A stretch of 63,990 bases of DNA, the filler included, from Reclinomonas americana ATCC 50394 (Eukaryota): assembly GCA_048213135.1 (NCBI GenBank). It is 16 parts of 16 records of this genome, joined end to end, with 100 filler letters (N's around TTAATTAATTAA, not from the genome) between each part and the next. Parts side by side here need not be neighbours in the genome. Positions count along the whole stretch, not along the records: positions 22,734 to 26,558 come from AFZH01021709.1; positions 26,659 to 28,682 come from AFZH01021711.1; positions 28,783 to 35,168 come from AFZH01021713.1; positions 35,269 to 43,101 come from AFZH01021714.1; 12 more parts are not named here. The stretch is one strand, 5' to 3'. The stretch's first letter is position 1. Each line of letters opens with the position of its first letter. The notes under the pieces were generated by a model that had not been told where the DNA came from, made no database searches, and worked only from the letters and a program-made list of their open reading frames with translations. Below, one piece after another: positions 23,351 through 36,449 of this stretch. The position numbers and the translations under genes are program-made.

Positions 23351-26300
23351 TCAAGCGCACTTGGCGTCTGTGGCCGCAACACAGCCGAGACGCTGTCCGT
23401 TGCTCCAATTGAATGCCTGGTACGGAGTCGCGCCCTTGTTCAGCAACTGGCACGGGCCCTCGATGCGGCACTGGCAGTGCGTTCCAATGGCACCGGTGCT
23501 GGCATACGGCGCATACGGGTAGGTGCAGGAGCACACACTGCATTCACACAAGGTCGTGTAAGCATCAAGTGAAGCGGCTGTTTCGTCGAGCTATTCACGC
23601 AACTTGTTCGCGCATCGCCCGCCGACAAACAGGCCACCATTGTCAGCATGACCCACACCGTATCCCATGCACTGCGAGTCGCTGGTGCACACTGGCGGCG
23701 GTGCCACGACCGCGCACGTCGGACCACTGAATCCGCTCTTGCACACACAGCCGGTGCCAGTGCGACCTGTGGAGCACGATTGCGTGCCGGCGGCGTTGCA
23801 TGTCGAGCAGCTCTTGCTGCAGTCCGAGCCCCTGCGCCCCACACGGATGGTGATGAGAAACGGTGACACAGTACAGCACAGAGAAGCACAGAGCAGCACA
23901 GAAGAGCACAGGAGAGCACAATGCAGCACAGAGGAGCTCAGAACAGCACAAAGCAGCACAGTACATCGCAGCACAGAGCAGCACAGAACAGCACAGAGCA
24001 GCACAGAACAGCACAGAGCAGCACAGAACAGCACAGAGCAGCACAGCACAGAAGAGCACATAGCAGCACAGAAGAGCGCAGAAGAGCACATAACAACAAA
24101 ACACAGCAGAGACTAGAAGAGTTAAGTACAGCGGCAGAGCAGCACAGTACATCGCAGCACAGAGCAGCACAGCAGAACAGCAAAGCACAGCACAGAAAAG
24201 TACAGCACAGCAAAGCACAGAAGAGCACAGCACAGAAGAGCACAGCGCAGCAGAGAACAGCACAGTACATCGCAGCACAGAGCAGCATACACAAACACAC
24301 ACACACACACACACTCTCTCTCTCTCACTCCCACACAAACCAGCGATCTGGCGCACAGCTGTCGCACAAAGCCCCAGCAAAACCGGCCTTGCACACTGCG
24401 AAGAAACAAGAGTCACTTGTCAGTCCTCCGCATCACACCTTCTCCACCGCGCACACTCACCGCAACCACTGGCACTCGCACAGCTCGCCGTTCCAGCCGC
24501 CAGACACGACGTGCATGTCAGGCTGCAGTTGGTGCCAAAGTGCTGCGCGTCACACTGCGCACAGGTCGAGCCGGCGAAGGGCACGTAGCACGAGCACGAT
24601 CCGTCGTCCAGGAAGCACGAACCGTGACCGGAGCAGTCCTCCACCGGGCGGCACTGTTTCGGAGGAGAAGCAGTGAGCGATCGCGAACGGTGATCCAGGG
24701 AAGATGGTAAGTGGAGACAAAATGGCAGTTGAAAGACACTCCCACCAAGAAACAAAGAGAGAAAGGCTGCGCAACACGCCAACTCTCCACTCAGGCGAAT
24801 ACCCGCACAGAACAAAAATAAATAGGATCAACGGCGCACAATTCAGCCTATGGCCTTCGCCACCATCGCTTTCTCTCTCTCCACTCACCTGGCAGTTCTT
24901 GCCACCAATGCCGGGCAAGCACACACACTTGCCAGACGACTGGCCACTCGTCAACACGCAGTATCCACTCAGACTCGACTTGTTGCCAATTGTCACTGGC
25001 TGAGTTTGGCCTGCGCGCAGACATCATGAGGAACAGGTCAACCCAATCAGGTTTCACCAGGTCGCACACTCGTACCCCATCATACCCTTCCACCGATCTC
25101 TGATTTTTCATTTCTCTTGCTCGTCTACTATTACATTCGACAGCTTCAACTCATCCTCTTCCTCCCAGCGTCTACTGTCACTCATTCCTTCTCACTTACT
25201 CTCTCACTCTTCACACAGACATTCTTCAACGATTGCAGTTCCTGGTCCCTCTCTCCACAGTCACCTACCTTGCTTGATTCAGCAGACTACTTCATCTCAT
25301 CTCCACCATTCTCTCACTTTCCATTCTCGCAATCTCCCGTCTCTCCCTCTTCTTCCTCTTCATCCCAGCGTCTATTATAACTCGTCCCATCTCTCATACT
25401 CTCACACCCTTCACACAGACCCTCTCCACAGTCACCTATTTGCTTAATTCAACAATTACTCCATCCCATCTCCCCCTCATTCTCACTCTTCTCGCCGCTC
25501 ATCGTTGCAGCTCTTGGTTCTATTCCCTGTTTTGCTTGATTCAAAGCATCTTCATACACATACCACACACCTACTCTTTCTCCCTCCCTCTCTCCCCCTC
25601 CCCATTACTCATGCGCTTCTTCGACAGTCTGTTCTCGCCGCCTCACTCTTTGACACTCCTCACTCTCACGATCGCACTTTCTTTCTCTGTCACCATTCTT
25701 CCCCACCCCACTCCTTTCCCCCCTCCTCCTTCTCCTTTCCCCCTCTCACCATTGATGCTCAGGTGATTCCAGTTGCAGTGCATGTCCGTCACACAGAACC
25801 CATCTGCACGCAGAGTCAGTCACAATCATCCACCCTCAACACCCTCCCTTGCGCAACTCGTCGGATTGACACACGCCCCGTCTGCGTCGCGGCACGTCTC
25901 TGTGTTCTTGCATCCCGAGCACACGCTGCACGTGGGACCCGTCCAGTGGCCGGCGCACGATCCGCAATCCACACCGGTCCAGTGCGAGTTGCACTTGCAT
26001 GTGTTCTCGGCCTGGCACGCACCATGCAGGCACGAGCAGGCACTGCATTTGGGCTGAATGCGTGCTCCGAACGGAGTATTGGTGATACCCGCAAAGGCAA
26101 TGTTGTCGATGAGCCAGCCTATATCCCCGGACGCCTCGTCGCTTCCAATGCGGAAGCGGATTGCCACCGTCTTGCCTGCGCGCACACGTTTGAGCAGATG
26201 GAAAAACACGATCACGCCAGCGCACGCGTATCACATACCAGCGAAAGCCTGACCAAAGTCGAGCGTCTCTTGCAACTCATCGGGGTAAACAATGCCACCG

Positions 26301-28826
26301 TACGCTTCCCGGTTCGACAGCGGGTTACTTGCACCGACGTAAATCACGCCATCGTACGAAGGCTGCGCAGTATTAACAAGTCATGAGCGATTTGTTGCCA
26401 AAATGGACTAGTCACACACGGCTGTGTAGCATCCACGCGGCCGCAATTTTCTTCTTCTCCCGCCCTCGCTCTGCATCTCTCCCGTCCTCGCTCTCTCTGC
26501 ATCTTCCATTCTTCCTCTCTTCCTCTCGCTGTTGCCCTTCTCAGCCGACGCACTCACCNNNNNNNNNNNNNNNNNNNNNNNNNNNNNNNNNNNNNNNNNN
26601 NNTTAATTAATTAANNNNNNNNNNNNNNNNNNNNNNNNNNNNNNNNNNNNNNNNNNNNAGGGAGAGGGAGAGTGAGAGAGGGAGGGAGAGAGAGGGAGGG
26701 AGAGAGGTAGAGGGAGGGAGAGAGAGAGACAGACAGATACAAAGACTGAGACAGTGACAGAGACAGACAGATACAAAGACTGAGACAGTGACAGAGACAG
26801 ACAGACAGAGACAGACAGACAGAGAAAGAGACAGAGACAGAGACAGACAGACATACTAGACTGACTAACGGAGAGAGAAGGAGAAAGCAAGAGAGACAGC
26901 AAGATACAAAGATTGGAAAAGACAGAGACAGACGAGAGACAAAAGAGTAAGAGAAGACCGAGAGAGGGAGAGCGGGACAGGGAGACAGGGAGACAGAGAA
27001 CAGTAATAAAAGAGAGAGAGACCGAGAGAGAGAGAGAGATAAACAGACAGATAGACAAAAATTAACAAGAGAAACAGAGAGGGCGAGCAAACAGAAGTGA
27101 AGGGAATGCGAGGAGAGGGGGAGAGGGGTGGAACGATTTCTATCTGCTTCGTCCTACTTCTCCCATCCCTTCCCCTCTCGTTCCTCGCAGCTCACCTCAA
27201 ACATGGCAGTTGCCCAGATCTCGCCCGCATTGTGGACCTCCGAATTCGATGCACCGTTGCTCGCAATGGGGCCAATGGGCACCGGCGGGGTGAACTGGAA
27301 CGGCACGTTGTCGGAGATATACTTGAAGGTCAGCGGGTTCTTGCTCTTGTCGACCGAGTATGGGAGACGTCGGATGCCAAAGTACGCGTCATTGAGGGCG
27401 TAGATGGCGGTGGCATAGGTGCCGTCCAAATTATCGCCCTCACGCAGCACCTGATGAAGCGACACAAAGTCTCCGATGCCCTCCGACATGGAGGCACACT
27501 GGTTGCTGCTGCACTGCGCAAGTCGGTGATGGAGATAGTGGCCCCACTCGTGCATGCAGATCGTATCCAGCGTTCCAGCGTGCCGTTTCGACGACACCAA
27601 AGCGCCAGTCACGGTTCCGTTGCTGCCAATGTTGGCAACAAGTGCATCGCCATCCGACTTGCCGATCGACGCCGTTGGGATGGTCACAGATCCAGCCGGA
27701 AGCGATGCGTCCTTGCCCATATTGTTCACAGTATCAGCGGTATTGATGATCAGCACGCCGACGGCACCCGCTTGCTGGGCACGGAGAGCCTTGCTCTGGA
27801 AAGTGCATCCGCCTCGCCGGATCAGCGCGATTGCTCCAGTCACATTCTCCACAATGGCCGTGCACGCCAGCGGGTCGGCTGCCACCACCACAATCGGCGC
27901 AGACACCTATGTAGCGCGTAGCGCGTGAGAGTGGCATCGACAGGGGAAAACATGCAACTACAACGAACCGAAAACAAAACAGGACCAAAGGCCGCCGAGC
28001 CAATCGCGTACGACACACCGGGCGGCGTCACCACCAAGCGGCCAATCTCACCAGAGTCCCACAGGTACATTTGCATGCGTGGGCGCATGCCGTCAGATGG
28101 AGTCGACATGTTGGCGTTGTCCAAACCGCCGAAGTCCTGCGCCTCCGCCTTCATCGAGTCACCACCCACGCCACCACGACCGTAATTGTTATCCTGCGCA
28201 TTGCCGGCCGCCTCGTCGAACCCAGAGTCGTACCAGTAGTCGTGCAGATAGTTGGTGGTGTAAAACAGCTGCGTCACCTCGGCCAAGGTCTGGCTCTGCG
28301 ACGCCTGCGCATCCTTCGTCACGTCGTAGACGTAGTCGAACGTGTTTGGCGAAGTGGTGGCAGCGCGCAAATCGCCCGCACTGAATCCGTCGGGTGACGC
28401 CAGGTCGGCGTACGCATCCACATTGTTACCGCGCGTCTCGGTGGCACCCGACGGCAGCCACGGGTCGTTAAACTTGTTGAACGAGTCCATTGACACCAGC
28501 GACGGCGGCACAAAAGCCGGGAACAGGCCGTCCGGCATGCCAGTGGGGTGCGGAGTCCAGTCCTCCGTGGGGCCGTCGGCCGGCACCTTGTCGCCGTCGG
28601 TGCGCGCCCACACGCGGTAGTCGAAAGTCTCATTGACGGTGAGGTTGGCCGACTCGAGCACGGTCCACGAGTCGCTAGCGATNNNNNNNNNNNNNNNNNN
28701 NNNNNNNNNNNNNNNNNNNNNNNNNNTTAATTAATTAANNNNNNNNNNNNNNNNNNNNNNNNNNNNNNNNNNNNNNNNNNNNTTTCAACAGACAACAGTG
28801 GATTGCTGGTCCACCGCTCGCTGAGC

Positions 28827-28864
<38 letters not shown>

Positions 28865-30469
28865 GAGCAGAGAGAGCGAGAGACAGAGCAAGGCACAGTC
28901 ACATAAGAGAGAGAAAACAGTGGATTGCTGACACGCCGATCATTGAGATCTTGAGCACAGAGAATATGTGAGAGAGAGTGAGAGAGTTAGAGGGAGAGAG
29001 GGAGAGTGAGGAGCAAGAAACGGTTACACGCGAGACAACAGTGGTCTGGAGAGGCACTGGTGAGTGAGTGAGTGAGAGATGGGAATGTGAGTGCGTACGG
29101 GAGGGAGGGTGGAGAGAGAGAGAGAGCGCGCGCGAGAGCGAGAGAGAGAGAGAGAGTGAGGGTGCAGAGCGAGTACACACAAGAGAACAGGGATTGGTGA
29201 AGCACCAGCGAAGGAGAGAGCAACAGGAGAGAGCAGGCTCAAGGAGTACCGGGGGAGAGACAGAGAGTGAGGAGCAAGGCAAGTACACACAAGAGAACAG
29301 GGATTGGTGAAGAGACGAGCACTTCCCCATCTGCACACCTTCCTCACGCGACTGCCGTGCGGGCTGCGCACAGAGACCGCCGCGCCCTCACTTGTGAACA
29401 ACCACACATCGCTGTGGAGGCCGTGACGCGTGAATTCCTCCACGTGCACGTCGTCGACGCTGACGGCATTGTCGGCGCCGAAGTGAGCGTTCAGCGCAGC
29501 GACCAGCGCCTGCTTGTACTGTCCGACGTCGGCGGGCACCGCGAAGGCGCCATCGACAGACGAGGAGGCGACGTGGTGCTCGGAGGCGGGCGTGAAGGAG
29601 GCAACGTCAACCAGCGACCCAGTGGCCGACAGCAACTGGAACGAGGTCGGGTGGAGCAACAAGCGAACTTCGCTGTTCAACACCTCCACTCCGTGGACCG
29701 ACTGGCGGACGTGTGCGGCCGCGACGCGCCCACCGTGCAGCGACGAGACTACACGAGCCACATGCAGGGAGACGGAGGCGGACTCGGCTGCGGGGAGGCG
29801 GGAAGGAGAAGAGAGAGTAAAGAGTGAGCATACATCGGACACGCATCGGAAAAACTGTGTGTGCCATGACCCTGATAGAAACCACGCAAGGCCGCACGCC
29901 GTGGTGGTATACCAGTGATCGTCATGGACAAGAAGAAAGAGCGAAGCGGAGAGAGCAGCAAGAAACAATGCAAGTCCGACATGCATGATTCGTGATGCTG
30001 AAAAAACAGGACACGGAAAAACGCTTCTCCCACTCTCTCGCTCTCTTGCTCTCTGCACCACTCACCAGCAGGTGTCGCTTGCACTCCAAAGCTGCGCTGA
30101 TGGCGAGTGCGAGTCGAAGACGCGGCGGACATTTCCGCACTCACAAGGCGACGCACGTGAAACAGCGCCGCATCCTCCACCGTGCGCACACTCGCAGGCA
30201 GCACGTCGTGGTGCGCCGACGAAGAATGAGAAGAGGAGGGAGTGGCGTGGAACGAGAGGTGAATGCGCGAGGAGGGTGTGCGGTTCCCCTGTGCGTCCCC
30301 AGCGGGACATACATGAGTCGTGATGCACGCTCATGTCAGGCAACAAACACACACGCACCGAGGGAGAGAAAGTGTCGCGGGAGAGGGCACTCGCAGCAGG
30401 CACAGTGAGTGCACCCACGGAGAGGACCAGCGCCACAAAGGCGGCGAAATGCAGGATGTTCGAGTGCAT
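23351..30469 (-). CDS. Secreted M36 (fungalysin) zinc metallopeptidase: signal peptide, FTP-like propeptide, PA insert, C-terminal beta-sandwich and EGF/laminin-EGF-like repeats; spans two gaps
   Basis: Signal peptide MHSNILHFAAFVALVLSVGALT; propeptide HVRQSVHGVEVLNSEV; DYRVWA...NDPWLPSGATETRGNNVDAYAD; LFYTTNYLHDYWYDSGFDEAAGNAQ; NANMSTPSDGMRPRMQMYLW; PA motif IALIRRGGCTF; HEWGH; SMSEGIGDF; GIRRLPYS; EVHNAGEIWA; RFRIGSDEASGDIGWLIDNIAFAGITNTPF. Cys-rich exons follow to TGA at 23351. Confidence 0.92.
23866..24290. repeat. Degenerate pentamer satellite (CACAG/AGCAG/AACAG) in an M36 intron
   Basis: Direct observation; it generates spurious long Cys/Leu ORFs. Confidence 0.9.
26659..27130. repeat. 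GA/GACA low-complexity intronic tract
   Basis: Direct observation. Similar tracts at 25100-25745 (pyrimidine-rich) and 28825-29320. Confidence 0.9.
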
Positions 30470-31331
30470 CGCGATTCCGCTGCACATATGCATTCGCGTG
30501 GCGAGCGAGTGAGCGAGTGATGGGAAGAGGGGAGAGTGAGACAGAGAGAGCGTGTGTGTTTGTCTGTGCTCACCGGGATGCAGAAATGACGAAGTGAAAG
30601 CGTGGATAAAGTTTTTCCGAAGAGCGCAGGTTGTTCGAATCGTCGCAGCGAGAGCACCAAGGTTGTGTCGATTCCCGATGGCGCTTTGCCAGTGCATGCC
30701 TGAGCTCGCATTGCCGTCACAGAAATGAACGCTTGTTGAATGCGCGTGGATTTTCGTCAGCAGCCTCGCCCTCTCGTCAACGCAGCAAGTGTATCACGTG
30801 TTCGATGTCTGAGTTTCTGGTGCCCAACTCACGATTATGTAGCTGTGTTGTTGTTTGCGTAAGCAAGTTTGTTGCTGCTGATGTTGAATCGGTGCTGCAG
30901 GGGTCTCGTCGGTGATTAGCATTCTGTCAGTTGCAGAGAGAGAGCGAGTCGTCGCCTGCCGAGCCTATGAGTGAGTGCTCACGCGGAAGCTCACCAGCTA
31001 CAATGATGCACGCGAAGACGAACGGTCCCGCGTTGTGTTGGCCACCCTTATCAGCCGTCAGCCAACACGCGGCTTGAAGACTGAATCGTGGAAGACGACA
31101 GTGAACAAACTGTCCCCGTGTTCTTGCTCACGCTCCTGATCTCTGTCGTGCACCTGGAGTTCATCGTCCTGTGCTTCACAAGAGGGATCGCTGACATTCT
31201 GTTTATCTACAGCACACAACGACAACAACGAAGGAGACGCAGCAGTGACAACCACCACAACACCGTATCGAAGTAAATAGAAAGAAAAAACGCTCACACA
31301 ACACTTTCTCACAAACTCACTCATGTCGAGC

Positions 31332-34300
31332 TCAAACCGAGCCAGTGGTCTCCACTCCATCATCACCTGCGTGTTAAACACGCGGTCAGACCGCGCCAGT
31401 CAACCGCGCATACATCACACGACTTGACAAAACGCAACTCTTGAACCACTGCTCCACGAACTGCACCAGCTCCTCATTCTCGCGGCTCCGCGCGAATTCG
31501 ATGACGTTGTCGCGATTCTGTCGTGCCACCTTGGCAGCGAACGCAGAGTGTGCCAGCACGACCTTGATACACGGAAGACTCGCCGCCTCCAGAGAAGCTC
31601 CGAGAATGGGATGCATCTTGGCCTCGGCATCGGCACGGTAGTCCAACACGGCCGCTCCACTTGGCGCCAGTCGCACCAGCAGCTCCAGCACCTCGGCACG
31701 ACCATGCTCGGCCGCCACATACGACGGCGGGTGCTCGTGGCCTTGTCGCACGGCTGGCATCTCCAGAACAGCTGCGCCGCTTGGGCAGTGCTTGGCCAGC
31801 ACCTCCAGTACGCCGACATGACCGTCCTTGGCAGCGTGGTGAACCACGTAGTATCCCTTTCGATCGCCGACGGGCAACTCGAGACTGCCCGCAACGGATG
31901 GGAATCGCTCGAGCACAAATTCCAGGGTCGCCACACCACCACCCATCGCCGCCGCGTGCGCTGGCGTCACTCCGTCCTCGACCGTAGCCGCCAGGATGGC
32001 CGCACCACGAGGCGCATGCTCCACTAAGTACTCGAGCAGCACCGCATGGTTACTGGCGGCAGCCACATGCGCCGGTGTCGACGACTCGTGCGCAGTCTGC
32101 AGCACTTCGGTTCCGGCATCGGCAACAATCGCCCGCACTGCGTCCAGGTCGCCAGATGCGCACGCCTCCATCACCTGGTGCACGAACAGAGGTGAGCGCG
32201 GAGTGACATCCTTTCTCGCACGTTGTGTGGTTCTCTCACCTTGCCCATGCTCTCCAGCACCTTCTCGTTGATGGGATTGGCCGCCAGCGCCTCCTCAATG
32301 TACTGGACCATGTCGTTCAACTTGTCATCCTTGGCCATCTTCAGAGCGTCAAAGTTGCTGGTCTTGAGGACGCTGGTACCACATTTCTCCACAATAAACG
32401 CCAGTTCTGGGGTGCTGCCGGTGGTGACAGCGCAGTACGCCGGCGAGCGGCCTTGCGGAGTCAGCGAGAGTAGGGCACCCGCTCCGGCCGGCGAGTGCTC
32501 CACAATGAACTCGAGAACTGCGACGCCACCCTCCGATGCCGCCGCATGAGCAGGAGTGAATCCCATGATGTTGCGCGAAGTGCTGAGATCCTTGAGGCAT
32601 TGCGGAGAAGTGTGCACCAGATACTCGAGTATGTCCACTCGCCCGTGCAGGCAAGCCAGGTAGGGGAGTGTGTAGCCGCTGTAGTCGCGCTTCTCCAACA
32701 GCGCTGCACCACTCGGCGAATGCGCCACGAGAAACTCCAGTGCGGGTAACTGGCCAAACTTGACCGCGGCAAACGCCGGCGTGCGGTCCGAGTATCCGAC
32801 CAGATCGAGTGCAGCCAGTCCCTCTCCATCCGGCATGTTCTCAACGAGGTACTCCAGTACTGCCACCTGGCCGCGAGCTACTGCAGCGAACACTGGGTGG
32901 CTGTGCTCATCGGAACTGTCGCCGCGACTGGCAAACGACAGAATCTCCGGTCCAAATTGACCCACGATCCGCTTGAGAGCGTGGAGCGCGCCATCGTTGC
33001 ACGCCCTCACAATCTGGGCGAGGAGCGCAGCAGTGAGCGATGAAAAGGCTTCAAACAGTGATTGCAAACTTCTGCTGCATGCATGCACACCATGTCACGA
33101 TAGGCGCGCAGAATATCGCCCCTGAGCTCCTCGTCAGGCGTTTCTGTGTGAAACACAAAAAGGGTTGCGAGGTGAGCATCCCATGCTCACGCCCGCATCG
33201 ATGGCACACGCAGACTCACCCTCTGGCACTGCAATATCAGCCGCCTTGAGCGCATCCTGGAGGTATGCCACCGCCGCCTCTTTCTTGCACAACCGAGCCA
33301 CCGCCAGCGCATCGCGGCCAGGGACATGCTTCATCGTCGATGCCACCGTAAAGGCCCGGGCACCAGAGGGAGCGGTGGCCGCCACAAACTTCAGCACGTT
33401 CACGTGGCCCCCCTGTGCAGCCCAATGCGCTGCCGTCCATCCGTCCGCGTCTTCGCATTCCAGGCTTGCCGCACCGAGTGACGACTTACTCACGAGCCAC
33501 TGCACAATGTCCAAGTGGCCGTTCGCACTGGCCGCGTGCATCGCCGTCGACTTGTCGCAGCTCGCAACATCCACGCCCATTGCTGGGCATTGGGCGAGGA
33601 CGAACTGCAGCACCGGCAAGTGGCCGTTCGCAGCAGCGACGTGCACAGTCCGAGTGCCGTTGAACGAGGGCACGGCCAGCACGGCAGCACTCGACTTGGC
33701 CACCAAGTACGACAGCACCTCCACGTGGCCATGAGCGGCAGCGGCGAGCGCTGGCGTCCACCCCATGTAGTCTTTGCAGACGAGGATCAGACTTCCCGCC
33801 TCCGCAACCAGTGCCTCCACGGCTGGCAGGTCGCCGGCGCTGCAGGCTTGCAGCATCTGCCGATTGTCACCACCGGCGTGAGCGACCAATCCGCTGCACA
33901 ACGCAATAGACGCATGCACGCACAGCACGCACCTTGCTCTTGTTATTCTTCCAGTTCTTCTGCGCTGGCGTCGCCACCGCCGTCATTTGCAGCCGCTCCA
34001 GCAACGCAACGGCCTCGGCCCGGCAGCACAGACGCGCAAGTCTCAATGGTGTGGTACCCGTCGAGTTCCTGGCTGCCAGTTGAGCGGCACCGGCCGGCCC
34101 ACGGGCCAGCAGGAACTCGATCATCGCCGTGTCGCCGCGTTCTGCAGCGTTGTGCAGTGCCATGGCTTCCGAGTACCTCTCCAGACTGACGACAGTGTCA
34201 AGCAGCGCCTCGTGACTGGGCGCCTTGTCGACAATGAGCTCCACCACCGGCAGCACACCTTTCTGCACCGCCTGCACAACGGCACGCGTGTCTTCGTACG

Positions 34301-36449
34301 GCACTTCAAACTGCACGGCACCGAGTGGCGATCGCGCCGCCAGCAACTCCATCACGGCCAGGTGACCCATGCGGACGGCCAGTCCCATGGCCGTGAGGCC
34401 CGACTCGGGATTCGCTGCTTCGAGTGCGGCGCCGCCGGCCTTGGATGCGATCACCTCGAGCACATCAACAAAGCCCTTCTCGGCGGCAATGTGCACGGGA
34501 CTGTTCAAGTATGCGTTGCGGACCTCGAGAAGGGCGCCGCGCGAAGGGGCATGCTCCACCAAGAAGGACAGTACGTCGGCCTTGCCCAGCTGGCACGCCA
34601 TAAACGCCGTGGTCACGCCCTCGGTGGTGCGAATCTCCAGCAGTGCACCTCCGCTCGGCGCATTGGCCACCAAGTACTCCAGCATAGGCAGACTGCTCTT
34701 GCGGGTGGCCATCATGGCCAGCGTGCTTCGCGTCTTGTCAAAGGCCTCCAGAACAGCAGGGCCGCGGGGAGCGTAGCGGACAATCGTCTGCAGAACCGAA
34801 AGCTGGTCGGCGGCGGCGGCGGTCAATGCGGGCGTCATGCGGTTGCGGTCCGGCACCTCCAGCGTGGCCGCAGCGGTGGGATACTCTTGCAACACTGCCT
34901 CCAGCAGGTGGCCGTGTCCTCTCTCGATCATGCGCAGGAGGAGAGTGCGACCGCACCCGTCGCAGATGGGGATCATGCGGTGGCCACCTTCTAGGTTGAG
35001 GATGGCGCGGGCGTCGTCCAGGTTGCCCGTGTCGAAGGCGGTCCACAGCTGAGGAGAATGTGAGGGAAAGGGTGAGGGAGAAGGTGCAGGGGAAGGGAAA
35101 GGGAAAGGGAGAGGGAGAGGGAGAGGGAGAGGGAGAGGGAGAGGAGAGGAGAGGAGAGGAGAGAGAGGNNNNNNNNNNNNNNNNNNNNNNNNNNNNNNNN
35201 NNNNNNNNNNNNTTAATTAATTAANNNNNNNNNNNNNNNNNNNNNNNNNNNNNNNNNNNNNNNNNNNNGGAGAGGAGAGGAGAGGAGAGGAGAGGAGAGG
35301 AGAGGAGAGGAGAAAAGAAGGGGAAGAGAAGTGGAAGAGAAAGGGAAGAGAACGGGAAGAGGGAAAGGAGGGAAAGGGGGGTGGGAAGGGAGAGGGAGAG
35401 GGAGAGGGAGAGGGAGAGGGAGAGGGAGAGGGAGAGGGAGAGGGAGAGGGAGAGGGAGAGGGAAAAGGAGAGGGAGAGGGGAGAGGGAGAGGAGGAGAAG
35501 AAAAAGCACAAAAGAAAGCAAGAAAGCAAGGAAGCAAGTGAGCAAGTGAGCAAGGAAGCAAGGAAGCAAGAAAGGAGGAAAGGAGGAAAGCAAGAAAGAA
35601 AGAGAGCAACAAATGAAAGAAGAGAGAAAGAGAGCAAGAAAGAAAGCAAGCAAGCATGCAAGCAAGCAAGCAGCAAGAAAGAAAGAAGAGAGAAAGAGAG
35701 AAAGAGAGAAAGAGAGAAAGAAGAGGGAAAGATAAAGCTCGCGAGAAAGGCAAATGAGAAGACAGAGAGAAAGACAGAGAGACAAAGAGAGAGTGAGAGA
35801 CAAAGAGCGCACCTTCGAAAAGTGCGTGGTAACAAACTCGATGTATTCGGCGGCAACATCGTGGTTGTTGGCCTTGGCCAAGGCGAGGCAGTCCAAATCG
35901 GCCATGCCCTTCTTCGTCAGCACACACCACCCATTGGGGGCGTGCGAGACAAGGTACTCCAACACATCCACACGGCCCGTCGCAGACGCCTTGTGCGCCG
36001 GCATGTCGCCATCACTGTGCACCGTGTTCAGCACGCCAGAGCCCGACGGCGAATTCTCCACCAGAAACTCGAGCACGTGCAGGTGGCCGTTGCCCGCTGC
36101 CAGGGCAGCAATGTTGGCGGGGTCGCGACGATTGGGGCGGAAAATCTCCTCCTCGAACGGATGGCGCTTCACCAGCACCTCCAGCACGTTGATGTGGCCG
36201 TGGAGGGCGGCCAGCGCCTGGCCCGTGTGGCCTCGCTCGTCGACGCTGAACACCAGCGTCTCGTCCACGTTGGTGAGCAACTCATTCAGCTGGTCCGTGT
36301 TGCCGCTGGCACAGGCGTGCAGGAATGCGGCCTGATAGATCAATGAGACGGGGGATGTGGCGGAGAGAGTGTCAGGGAGGGCGGTTCTGTCTCACCGACG
36401 GGGTTTCTTCGTGGCGGGGGGCGTCAGTGGGCGTGGATCCGGAGGACAT
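31332..36449 (-). CDS. Large ankyrin-repeat protein of five ankyrin modules (~1400 aa, 8 exons)
   Basis: Predicted exons 36449-36396, 36331-35813, 35048-33933, 33856-33220, ~33143-33091, ~33013-32240, 32174-~31440 and ~31366-31332 have compatible phases. Repeated TPAHxAAxxGxxxVLExLV motifs with SPSGAALLE-type linkers. Confidence 0.85.
35055..35805. repeat. GAGAG / GGGAGA / AAGC simple repeats in ankyrin intron
   Basis: Direct observation on both sides of the gap. Confidence 0.9.

Noticed and set aside
23591..24676. Long Cys/Leu-rich and Gln/His-rich ORFs
   Set aside because: Translations of an intronic pentamer satellite.
35213..35930. ORFs with LPLP/SPSP/RERE runs (also 3129-4225 and 26603-27090)
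   Set aside because: Simple-repeat translations within introns.
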